Assembly: GCF_000400465.1 (NCBI RefSeq) | Contig: NW_008806282.1 | Span: 240,001-272,000, forward strand | Length of the DNA stretch: 32,000 nt | Source: Wallemia ichthyophaga EXF-994 | Taxonomy: Eukaryota > Fungi > Basidiomycota | Reading direction: 5' to 3' | Part shown: positions 1 to 10,863 of the stretch, one piece after another | Position numbering within the stretch: the stretch's first letter is position 1 | How the letters are laid out: every line of letters begins with the position of its first letter | The notes under the pieces: model-generated | Databases searched by the model: none | What the model was told of the DNA's origin: nothing | Seen by the model: the letters and a program-made list of their open reading frames with translations, nothing else | Position numbers and translations under genes: made by a program

Positions 1-1571
1 TCTAGATCATCAAATTGATCATCCAACCCAACCCAACTCTTCTGGGAGGTAAGTCCGACATTATCCAGAATCGATTTCGGTCTGGCAGCTTTATTATCAA
101 CCAGGTGATTACGCGGAACTGAGCCCAACAAAGCGAGGTTTTCTTCACCTAGTCTGTCACCTCTATCTGCAATTGAACTTGGTCTGCTAAACCCAAGTCC
201 TGCGCTGTCTCTGAAGCTGTTCCTGAAACCGATAGATGGTGAAGGTCGGATTGAAGCACTGCTAGATAGCTCTTCAATATCTCTTTCAGAGTGGTTATTA
301 AAATCCGTCGTTTCATTGTCAAAATCACGATTCTCATCATGGTTTTCTTCACGGTTTTCATCTTCGTTGTCTTCGTAATGCGATGCAAATCCACTGTGTT
401 CTTCTTCAATAGCCACATTATCACCTTCCTCCTCTTGATTCAAACGCTCAACCTCCCTAGTTAAGGCTGTCTGAACCCACAAGTCAGTGATAGATACGAC
501 ATTCTCCTCCTGAGCCCTGAGCAGTCTTTGCGCAAATGACATTCTTTGATTGGGTTGTGATTGTGATAAAGCTTCATCATTATTATCATTGCCAAAAACA
601 GTGGATGTACGTCTAGAATGTGAACGGATGTCATGAAGTGGCGAAGTTGGCCTTTCATAGCGTACTTGACCGCTAAAAGCCCTTTTGATAAAGTCTATAG
701 CGCATTTTTTAAATGAATTAGCGTCCTCAGGTAATCTTATCGACGTGAAAAGCGGTCCGGCGTCTCTGCTGACGAACGCTGTGAGTGTGCTACCAAAGAC
801 CAAGATACTAGCGGCTACAAAGCAAGGCAAAGCGTAAGGGTATTTTGCAAAAAACTTATGTTTCTCCTCGGGGAATAGAAAGGGATATCTGACGGTGGGA
901 CTTTCAAAGAGCCCTCCGATTATCGGACCGAAGATCGAACCAGCACCCCAGCTGAATGATAAAATAGCATATGCTCTGGCTTCATTGGTACTGTCTGTTA
1001 TGTCTTTGACGGCGGATCTAGACACACCAATGGCACCACTGAAGAGTCCTTGTAGTAGCCTAACGCAGATAGCTTCACCAAGAGAGCGGCAAGTGCCAAA
1101 CAGACTGGTGGCTATGGCATTACCAAATAAGCTAATAAAGAGGGTGATTCTGCGTCCATAACGATCTGCGATGTTTGACCACATCAGTGCCGTTATAAAT
1201 TGAGACAAGAAGAAAGCTGCACCAAGTATACCCGTATAATATCCTACCAAGCTTTCATCGTTATGAGTAATAGCAAACTTGGATACCATTATGAATATGA
1301 AAGGTGCTGCCACGGATGCAGATAAGAATTCACTAAGCATGGAGAAGGATAAAAGAGATATCGGGAGCTTTGGAAGAGGATTACTTGGTTCTACTTTTGT
1401 CTTGATGGGCACTCCCTGGCTAAATATCGTAGACTCTCCCAGTCTGCGTCCAAGTGGCATACTAGTCGGACGCGTAGAGCTCGTACCAAGCAATGCCGAT
1501 TGGGTTCCTGATCTACTTCTAAATAGCCTTCTCCTCCTCACTGTAGGTGTCGTCGTGTCATGGTGCTCCAT
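1..1571 (-). CDS. Major facilitator superfamily transporter (YCR023C/ZIFL-like), 3'-truncated by the window edge
   Basis: Manual translation from the ATG at 1571 appears open to the left edge; it is absent from the ORF track because no stop lies in the window. It reads MEHHDTT...LSFSMLSEFLSASVAAPFIFIMV...VGYYTGILGAAFFLSQFITALMWSNIADRYGRRITL (MFS motif A)...RLLQGLFSGAIGVSRSAVKDITDSTNEARAYAILSFSWGAGSIFGPIIGG...YPYALPCFVAA, followed by a long acidic/Ser-rich loop. Confidence 0.9.
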   Translation of the reverse strand, partial: MEHHDTTTPTVRRRRLFRSRSGTQSALLGTSSTRPTSMPLGRRLGESTIFSQGVPIKTKVEPSNPLPKLPISLLSFSMLSEFLSASVAAPFIFIMVSKFAITHNDESLVGYYTGILGAAFFLSQFITALMWSNIADRYGRRITLFISLFGNAIATSLFGTCRSLGEAICVRLLQGLFSGAIGVSRSAVKDITDSTNEARAYAILSFSWGAGSIFGPIIGGLFESPTVRYPFLFPEEKHKFFAKYPYALPCFVAASILVFGSTLTAFVSRDAGPLFTSIRLPEDANSFKKCAIDFIKRAFSGQVRYERPTSPLHDIRSHSRRTSTVFGNDNNDEALSQSQPNQRMSFAQRLLRAQEENVVSITDLWVQTALTREVERLNQEEEGDNVAIEEEHSGFASHYEDNEDENREENHDENRDFDNETTDFNNHSERDIEELSSSASIRPSPSIGFRNSFRDSAGLGFSRPSSIADRGDRLGEENLALLGSVPRNHLVDNKAARPKSILDNVGLTSQKSWVGLDDQFDDL

Positions 1572-2055
1572 CTCGTAAATGAGCGTCAGAGAGAAAGCAA
1601 CGGCGAAATTGGACAAGACGTCATAACAGGAATTATAATTTTTTAACTCGCTAGCAGAACTAAAAGTGGCGTGTTTCGTGTTCGTTGTTTTAATTGTGGG
1701 TCTTCACGCCCGGGATTAGTCAACCCACTCGGGAGCTGTTACAGTGGATATATCCTGTGGAGTGGATGGGCAGCCTATCCAGTAAATAGCCTCCAGCCAA
1801 ACCATCAAACCAAATTATTATGATTTCTCATTTCTTCGCGGTTCGCCGTCTTATGGACCATCGAGGTTATCGCTGTAAATGATCTGCGGCAATTCTAGTA
1901 AGCTTTATATTCATTCCAGCACCTCTCTGGTCTTCGAATAATATCTGGTACTCGACTTTCAAGTCTTCTTTAAGCGATACTCCGCGTAAGGCTGCAGTGT
2001 TTCACTCCTGCATAAGCCTCTCTGACCTCAACCCCCAAGACCTGGCAGTCCGCAG

Positions 2056-2940
2056 ATGGCGATTAAACTTAAGATATTAGCAGGAAGTACCATAGATGAT
2101 TGTGAAGCTGTAGACTACCAAGGTGGAAAGCCTGTCGATGTGAACAACCCGCATTTCACTGGACAGGTTGCAGTACTGTTGAAGAACGACGAGCAGTCAC
2201 ATCCGTATTTCAACGATGAGTCCAACAAAGGTATCACATGGTCAATACAGCTGTGCGGTGTCTTGCACGACGACGATGTGGATTGTGACAATCTCGTCTT
2301 CGGTAATCAATTTTCACACCCGATTCGGCAGCATTTGCCATGGGGAAGTGCAATGGCTGTGAAGTTTATTAAATACCTCGATCCAACACTCACAGAGGAT
2401 TTGCAGTCCGATACGCCCTGGGCATTTAGCCCTCTGTGTAGCACTGTCGAGAGATTGAACGTATCGGACAATTCAGACACGAGTAAGATGAAGAATGAAC
2501 AAGACTTGATTATAGAAGAAGACATAAGCTGTCTGATTCACAAAGATGAAACTAGTAAGCCTAAATGTGGTAATGCTAGTGCTCGCAAAAAATGGTTCAA
2601 GAGTGAAAGCCGAAGGAAAGGCCTCAACTTGTCCAAAAAAAGAGTTGCTTTTGATTTCGCTAAAGGATTCATCAATTTCTCAACTCTGTGGGTGCATCTT
2701 CATCTTTAATTTCAAAGACATGCTGATTAGTGCACAAGATCGCTCTCATTTCCCGAAATTGGCCTGAACATAGGTTTGCTTAAACACTGGGATGGTCAAC
2801 CCGTTAGGTTCTATCTACGCAACAGGAACACTGGCGTCGATTACGCGGTGATCCAGTTCATTATCGAAGATGTAGGCCAGGATGCACCAGCACAAACGAA
2901 ACAATTGGCAGAGGAGAAAAATATCGGCACTGATAATTGA
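2056..2940 (+). CDS. DUF1769-family uncharacterised protein (2 coding exons)
   Basis: MAIKLKILAG...HFTGQVAV...WSIQ...LVFGNQFSHPIRQHLPWG...LDPTL..DLQSDTPWAFSPL. Intron 2688-2738 (GTGGGT..CTGAT..AAG) joins to SLSFPEIGLNIGLLKHWDGQPVRF, with stop TGA at 2938-2940. The motifs match my recollection of DUF1769. Confidence 0.8.
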
Positions 2941-3004
2941 TAAATCTGAATCAAAATATCCAGCAAAACGTTTCCATCTAAGCGCATAAAGTTCATGTAT
3001 CCCA

Positions 3005-4218
3005 TTAACGAAGTTTAATCTAATCCATTTATGTTTGTCTGTATTACGTTATCTACTCACCACACCAAAATTTTCAAGATTTCCACTTGAAACCTCCTTC
3101 AAAGTTGGTCTAGGTCCTTTGATTGCGCAGGTGGAGGATTTGTCTTTGGATGTGAGACTATTGTGTACTTCCTTCTCATGTTCATTGAGTGAGCAAATGC
3201 AAGTACCGCCAAACTCAGAAGGCAGATTCTCATCTACTGCCAGCTCCTTCAACGCGTCCTGGTAACCTGTCCCGTGTATCGACACCTTGGAAGCGGTAGC
3301 TTGGTCCATCATTGCCTTTACTACCTTCCAGATAGTGCTAAAGCCAGCTGGAGCATTGATAATAACAATTGGTCCGCTCAATTCGGGGTAGTTGTCCTGT
3401 AAGATCTGTATGATAGACTGAATCCTCCCTCTGATTTTCCAAAACTGGTAGTAGGCGATACCTTTCACGTCCATAACGTTGACTGTCTGAGACACGTGAA
3501 TGCCGCGTGCCTCTTTGCACGCTCTGAAGGTATCTTTTGACAATCTCTCGTTGGAAATGACTTGATTGAGAGTGAATCTTTCAGGCGATATTTTGGTGAA
3601 GAGAGCTGATGCATCAAGCCTCCCAAACTGCTGGTAGTAAATAGGTCTTCCGAGCTGTATAGTGTGAGCCGAAAGACATCTTGAATCATAGTGTAATCAC
3701 CTTATCTGTTTTGTGAAAGAACTGGATCCTGTGAGTAAGTAAAGCACTTCGAATCTAACATCATACCTGGGGATACCACCTAAGCGTTCGCGTTCGCGTC
3801 AGCAACGTCTTTCGACTTCATCTGCCCACATACTCATCTAAAGCACCCTTTTCCTCTTTTGTGAGCTCGAACGTCTCCGTGAGCTCGTCGATATTGAAAT
3901 CCTTTCTCCACTTGAGATAATCACTATCATCAATCAATTACAGTCCCTAATGACTAAAGTACCCACCTAAACATCTTCTCTGTTTCATCCAAGTCCCATT
4001 TACGAGCTTGAAGAAAGCGACTTATGCTGTTAGATGGAGAATTATATGTACTCATCAACCCACACGAATTCATTGTCGTCGTGTGTCAAGGTGCCGTCAC
4101 TCCATTGAGACGATTTGGCGTCTTCAGGGATTCTATCTTTGAATTGACTGAGTAGCCTGATCTGCTCATCATTTATATCGTACGATGTCGTGTTAACATT
4201 TGGAGCATTGTCGGTCAT
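3005..4218 (-). CDS. Sec14-like CRAL-TRIO lipid-binding/transfer protein (multi-exon)
   Basis: Exons give VRFLQARKWDL, WYPQFFHKTDKLGRPIY, DNYPELSGPIVIINAP.GFSTIWKVVKAMMD, ENLPSEFGG.C.C. ATG at 4218. The last exon is uncertain: unspliced stop at 3049, or GTGAGT intron to IKLR* ending at 3005. It is diverged from canonical Sec14, so no symbol is given. Confidence 0.88.
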
Positions 4219-4281
4219 ACTATCAAACCAAGATGATCGATTAAGCGGATGAAGATATAAATATTATTATTTTAGCATTCT

Positions 4282-7070
4282 TTACAGTACATTGTCTACT
4301 TCTATAGGTTGTGACAGGAGATATTCCATTGTAAATCCGTTTTCTTCGCATCTGCTTCGAGTCAGTTGGTTCCTCCTCTTGGCGCTCTAAACTTACAACG
4401 CGGTGACATCCTTCTGCCAATCGATTAGACCTTTCTGCACGCTTCTCAAAGGCGTAGCGAATTCTATCTGGCGTGAACGCAACGTCCTGCCGTGGAAAGT
4501 CAAAAGCGAGGATACCCAGAGCAAGTCGAACTCGAGGTGAACGCTTCGCTCCATGTGCTTTCCAATGAATGAAACCAGCTTATCGACATATACTAGCGGT
4601 AATTGCTTCACAATCAACCTTATCTCAACTGGTGGAGTGCTAGTGTAAACCATCTCGATAATCTTTTCGTCATTCAATCTGAACGCCATTATCAATCCCA
4701 CCAAATAGTCGCCCTTCTTGACCGTCTTTGTGACGCTCTCCGGCGTCAGATCAATGTCCAAATCGAATGGATCGAATAGAGCACTCTCATCGAGCGAGTA
4801 TACGATCAACCCATCAGTAGATGCAGCCGACCATGTGCGGCCTGTCGGCGAGACCTTGACGCTCTTTGTTCTTATTTCAGGTCTGTACTTGCGCCTTGAC
4901 AAGTCCCCACCTTGTGCGCCAGGCAGCGAGTGATCCAGGCGATCTTCTAAGTCACTCTCATCACCTTGAATACCATTACTGATGTTGGTTCCATCTTCCA
5001 ATTGCAATCTACTGTCCAAGAACTCTTGCGTTCCATCCAGAGACAGATTATCGGAGATTTGAAACTTCTTCAAGGCTACGCCTTCTTTCACATCATAAAG
5101 CAACACGTATTTACTGTTACCGCCTGCCAGTATATAGTTACCATCAGCAGTGTAACACAAGCTGTTAAAGCTCTTTCCAGACGAGTTGTTATTAGCTGTG
5201 ATTCGGTCATCTTGCTTGCGACCTCCAGATACGTCTTTGCGACCTTCAATCACACCAGTCTGCTTGTCATCTTCTAAAGACCAGAACTGTATTTGACCGT
5301 CAAGGGTGGATGTAGCCAACTCTTTACCGTCTGGTCTGAACACCACAGTCAAGGCATCAGAGTTGATTGAGTAGGGTTCAACAGTTCTAGCTCTTCTGAA
5401 AATATCCCATACTCTGATTGTTCTATCCCACGAGGAAGATGCTAATTGAGCGCCGCCTGGTCCGAATGAAAGTCCAGAGACGGGACCTTCATGTCCTGAC
5501 ATGACATCCATTAGCTTGCCGGTCTGTACAGACCACAAGAAGATTTCGAATGTGTCGATTGATCCTGCAGCCAAAACCTCACCCGACTCATCTACTGTCA
5601 TTGAGCTAAACTGGGTTGGGGAAGGTGATGTGAATGTTCTGAAGTTTCTGTAGCGTATCAAATCATATGCACGGACAGTTCCATCTAAAGAGGCAGAGAA
5701 AAGAACTTTTCCTTGCTTGGCGAATTCTACTTGTGAGATGGCTGCACTGTGGTCGCTAAATGTGACAGTACAAAAGCCTGATGATAGATTCCACAATTTC
5801 ACTTTACCATCATCACCACCGGTTGCAACCAGCTGGCCGTCAGGTGCGTAAGATACAGTGTTCATGTCCGAATAATGACCTTGTTGCTTGAGGACGTAGC
5901 TTTCTGATTGCCACTCCCACACTAACAATTGACCCAACTTCTTGGCACCGAATGCCAACCACTCTCCCGAAGGATTGATGTCTACGGAAGTGACCTTCTC
6001 CTGCGAAATAGACAATGTGTGTAAATTGGTGAATGATGGCAGCTCCCATAGACCAAAAACACCGGTGCTAAACCCGACGACGAGGAGGGAGCTTTTTTGG
6101 TGGAATGTTGAGCAAACGACTCTGGTTGCGGGCATGTTGAAGTAGTGTCTGGAAGAAACGCCCCATCTGGTGTCAGCAATACGTCTACTTTCATCCACGT
6201 TAGTATCGTTATTGCTGCTGCTGTCACTGTCGCTGTCTTCTTCGCTGTCTTCACTGGAGGACTCATCTTCAGATGGCTTTGCGGTCCATACGAATACAGC
6301 GCCATCTCTGGACACAGTATAGATAGACTTGCTGTCTTTTGAGAAGTAAGCGTTAACGACTCTGTCTTTATGTCCTGAGAGCGTTTTTGGCCTAAAGCCT
6401 GGCAAGGTGTCAAGAGTAAAGAGCCTGGCAGTCATATCATAGCTGCAGGTAACAAAGAATCTTGAGCAGGGCGACCAAGTGATTGATGTGACAGAGTCGA
6501 AATGGCCCGTGTAGGTTCTAAACAGGACCATTGGGGCAAACTCCCTGATCAAGAACGAGGGCGCTCTCCAAACCTGCACATGGCTTCCGTGGGTGACGGC
6601 CAGGAACTTGCCATCGGGGGAAAAACATAAGTCTTTGACGGGCTTCTTGAAGTTGTGGTGGTGGAGAATTGTACGACGTTTGGCGTTGATGAGCAGCGCT
6701 CTTCCGTCTGCTGAGTATGAGTGTGTGCGCTCTAGAGAAGCAGATGCCCTCACCGTCGTCGACTGTGACCAATATCCTGCCATCTGGACTCAAAGCAATT
6801 CTAGCGATGTTCTTCCTGTTCTCGCAAGGGAACGTGAACGAGTTGTTGCTGGGCTTTGTTAGGCGGCTTATAGACGCAGTAACCAACTCACTTGACTAGA
6901 TCGAAGCTGCTAACGCGGTTGCCCACCGGACTGAGGACGCTGTTGCCATCCTGCGTGAAGACGACGTTTCCCTGTCTATACACGGTACCGCATAGGTTAG
7001 AGAACTGTGGGCATCGTTAGCAGATTCATTTCAGCGTACTTGTACCGCCTACATTAAAATTACTCCTCAT
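4282..7070 (-). CDS. PWP2: Periodic tryptophan protein 2 (UTP-B WD40 subunit of the SSU processome)
   Basis: Spliced N-terminus MRSNFN|FSNLCGTVYRQGNVVFTQDGNSVLSPVGNRVSSFDLV, many WD40 repeats, signature WEWQSESYVLKQQGH and a Utp12-like C-terminus. A terminal intron after position 4398 gives LCEENGFTMEYLL..VL* (stop 4282-4284). Confidence 0.97.
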
Positions 7071-7332
7071 GGTGGCTTATCAAGATGCAATTAGGCTGCA
7101 GACAGCCATTTGAGTAAAATATTTGTACATTCAGTTGGAATATCAATACTGCATGTCGTGCAACACCGCGCTCGTGTGTACTCGTCACTGAAAATCTGTA
7201 TTATATGATAACGACGCAGAGGTTGCTTGGAAACGCACAGAGCATAAAAACATCCAGTACTTTACATCATCTCTCGCTAAATAAAACCCAAGGTGACTTA
7301 CAACCAAACTTATCTCTTAGACAATAACAGCG

Positions 7333-9442
7333 ATGACGTTTGGACTGAGAAATGGTCGGCGGTATTTAATGTATAGTGTTCCTGTAGTAGCACTGCCAGT
7401 AGCGTATTATTCATTGCCGAAGCGTCGGCTGTCTCAATCATCTCCGCGGATCTATCAGCCACAGATACCAACTCCAACGCGAAGATCCCCGCTGAAAACG
7501 TATATAACTGAACCCATTTTCACTCTCAGGCGGCTTATTTGGCTGTGTGTACTATTCGTGCCAGTCGTCGCGTCTGTACCGCTACTCTGGATAAATTCGA
7601 CGCTCTGGTACCGGATTCTAACGAAGCAAATGTCAAGAGCTGGCCCTACATTTATCAAGGTTGGTCCTGTCCAACTTTATGAGTACCTTTAACCATTCTC
7701 TAGCTTGGTCAATGGGCGGCTTCTCGCACTGATCTATTCTCACCACAATTATGTCATATATTAGGTCGCCTGCACTCAGCAGCACACCCTCACACAATCA
7801 CCCACACGCATAAGGTCCTCACATCTACCTACTCGCACGCAGACTCGCTCAAAGACATATTTGAAGAATTCGATGAGAAACCCATTGGGTGTGGTGCTAT
7901 CGCCCAAGTTTATAGGGGGAAACTACGTGAACATCTTATACCAAGTGACTGGAGAGTCGCGAACCAGCATGAAGAAGACAGCTGGTTAGTCGCATCTATC
8001 ACAAAAGCCCTCAACAACTTGCAGACTCGCAACGATGACATACCGCGTCAAGATCTCATTACTGCGTCAAGACACGTTGCTGTCAAGGTGATACACCGTG
8101 GGTTTGATGCTAATAATTGTTAATCTATCTTACATATCTCAAAAGCAAATGTAACAGAGCTTATCGAGCGCGATCTAGCTATATTGTATTTCGGCGCCTC
8201 TGCCCTGTCGCTTCTTCCGGGGATGAAATGGCTATCTCTTCCAGAGGAGGTCACTGTATTTGGTAGTCTAATGCGCTCACAGCTTAATCTAAGCGTCGAA
8301 GCCTACAATTTGGCGAGATTTGAAGACAATTTCAGAGAGCGCAGAGGTGCTGCTAGCTTTCCAAAACCTGTCTTCTCGTTATGTGCAAAAGATGTTCTGG
8401 TAGAAGAATTCGAAGAGGCTCTCCCACTCAAGACATTCCTCAAGTTCGGTGGAGGCGGTTTTGAAGAGCGCATAGCCGGTTTGGGTTTGGATGCCTTTTT
8501 GGTGGGTACTGAATTTTATTCACGCAGCTTATTAATCTCCCACAGAATATGCTTTTAATAGACAATTTCGCACACGCCGATCTTCATCCTGGCAACATAT
8601 ACATCAAGTTCTACAAGCCAACTTCCATCGATCTTATCAAGAACATTTTCTCGTCGTTGATATCAAGACCTCGCTCAACTACTGACCTCACGACCAACGA
8701 TACATCGAAAGAAGTGATGAAAACTCTTCTCCCGCTTGCCAGGCGAATAAACAAAAACGAGAAGGATGAAGAGAGTGTGAATGAATGGTCTAACAAGCTC
8801 AAGAAGCTCAATGAGGATGGGTTTCAACCAGAGATTGTTTTTTTGGATACAGGCCTGATTACTGAACTCGACGACAAAAACCGTGGTAATTTTTTGGAGC
8901 TATTCCAAGCTGTCTCTCATTTTGACGGTTATCGCGTCGGACAACTCATGATCGAAAGATCTCGATCTCCCGAGCTAGCGACGGACAAGGAAACTTTCGC
9001 ACTTAAGATGCAGCACATAGTGCTGGGGGTGAAGAGCAAGACATTTTCGCTAGCAAGGATCAGGCTATCGGAGGTGCTCTCACATGTTCTGTCAAGTGTG
9101 CGCGAACACCACGTCAAGATGGAGGCTGATTTCGTTAATACGGTACTGTCTATTCTTTTGCTTGAAGGTATCGGTCGTCAGCTTGATCCTAACATGGACC
9201 TATTTAAGGCCGCTATACCGATTCTGCGTCAGTTGGGCAAGAAAGTCGGCACTTCTGGCAGCTATGCACAGGTCGATAAGGGTAACCTTGGTGCCATGTT
9301 AAAGGTAAGCATATTGAATTTGGTTTGATTACATATTAACAACCCCCAGCTCTGGGTATGGATGGAAGCACGTGAATTCGTTTCAAGTGTCAACGAAATG
9401 GACGAATGTATCCGGTACGACTGGCTTAGCCCGAACATATAG
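7333..9442 (+). CDS. CQD1: ABC1/UbiB atypical kinase, Ypl109c/Cqd1 (ADCK2)-like, probably mitochondrial
   Basis: Exons give AGPTFIK|LGQWAASRTDLF (KxGQ motif), PIGCGAIAQVYRG, VAVKV, LSLPEEV..F, DNFAHADLHPGN, FLDTGL, DLFKAAIPILRQ, LWVWMEAR...YDWLSPNI*. The N-terminus is basic and presequence-like. Confidence 0.88.
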
Positions 9443-9918
9443 TTTGTAATATACATATAACTTGAACAATTGCAATTAGGCCCGCATTTAAAGCGTGTGG
9501 ATCACCTCAACTTGTCAAAATATGTTTGCTATCACGATTGTCAACCTTGATAGTGACAAGCAATATAGGGATGACAGGGCCATTGAATAGTTCTTTCTAT
9601 AACTTTAGCAAAATACAACATTGAGCATGAATCAATTGAATATAAACTGCTCAAGGTACCCTGCAAGTGATCAAGTAAGTGAGAAGACGAACACAGAGAT
9701 ACCATCTGACAATTTGAACAAACTAGCCATGCTATCAGTTTCATAGCACTTTCAGCATTCCAAATACATTATCAACTAAACCTTCCGCTCAATATCCACC
9801 GAGTTGAATTTCTTGGCTACCACTGACCTCAAATGGCTCTTACGACTTTTGATGATCTCCAAATAAACGTGCTCCGTTAGTAATTCTGGCTGATAGTGAT
9901 ATGATTTTGCCAAATTTA

Positions 9919-10533
9919 TATCCCTGGCGCTCCAAATCGCGCCTCGCACATTGATCGGAAGCAATGATCCACAATCTCTCTGGAGCATGCAGCAGGATAA
10001 TAAAGAAAGGTCACTCAAACTTTGTCGGTAGCTGCAACGTATTTTGACTTACAAGTGCTCATATATCACAATGATTCGGCTCTATAAACGCGTTTTACTT
10101 TTTTCCGGCACATTGCGTCTACAGGACTCAACAATGCTGGCTGCAGGAAAAAAATATTGTGATTCCGTATCATCGCATGCTTATTTAATGCAACTCATTC
10201 AAAGTAAAGGGGAGGTCAGCCCAATTCTGAAATCGGGGGTTTTGCTCGACCAGGTGCGTGCGTTTCAAGATATCAAATAATGGTGGGTGTGAAATCGATT
10301 AAGGCTGATTTGACATTTTGAAGGCATGACAGTTTGGATGTTAATTTTTTTAATCCAAAACACTCTAAAAGAAACATGCCACATCTATCTGGACTAGTAC
10401 AGGGCGCCAGACAGCGCTTTTCGCGATAATTTCACTGTTGAATTAATAGCAAACAAATTACCACAGAATGATATAAATTTGACTCAATTTTCATTGATCA
10501 CATTGCTTCTTCTTGGACATAATGAGTTGTGAA
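9919..10533 (-). pseudogene. Possible degenerate or alternative-code ORF of unknown origin
   Basis: 205 consecutive codons contain no TAA or TAG, seven TGA and no TGG. No recognisable domain. Confidence 0.3.
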
Positions 10534-10692
10534 TTAGTTGGTGAATAATGTGTGATTTGTCTTGTGGAAGATTAACATTGTTGATTCAGTATGTTTGTTG
10601 ATGTGCTGGTCAGAGATAGATATCACTGCGAGCTCTACCAGTATAGATAAACGTGTATTTGCCACGCTTTAGCGCGTGTCATGCATGCCGAT

Positions 10693-10863
10693 AGCCACGT
10701 GACCAGGAACGAGGATACTCGAGAACCAATTGAGACGAACTAGATGTAAAGAAAACTTTGAAGATAAGTTGATTAGCACATGTGTTTTCGCCGTTAGCCG
10801 CCAGACTAGGAACGACGTAGCGGTGTTCGTGAAACATAACAAAGGCAAGGCACGAGCCACGTG
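10693..10863. promoter_or_regulatory. Two copies of AGCCACGTG (E-box/bHLH-type sites) upstream of BST1
   Basis: AGCCACGTG occurs at 10693-10701 and 10855-10863. The first reads GTCACGTG on the minus strand (Cbf1-type) and the second CACGTGC. Function is inferred only. Confidence 0.25.

Noticed and set aside
149-658. ORF-track entries 149..424 and 461..658 (minus strand)
   Set aside because: They are alternative frames inside the MFS transporter loop; the true frame runs from ATG 1571 off the window edge.
1820-2055. TPP riboswitch in the intron-containing DUF1769 leader
   Set aside because: The conserved aptamer elements (CUGAGA and the CUGAU..UAAU..AGCG core) are not present.
6708-6783. N-terminus MAGYWSQSTTVRASASLERTHSYS of the 796-aa ORF
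   Set aside because: This is an out-of-frame reading of a PWP2 exon plus an intron; splicing restores the canonical PWP2 N-terminus.
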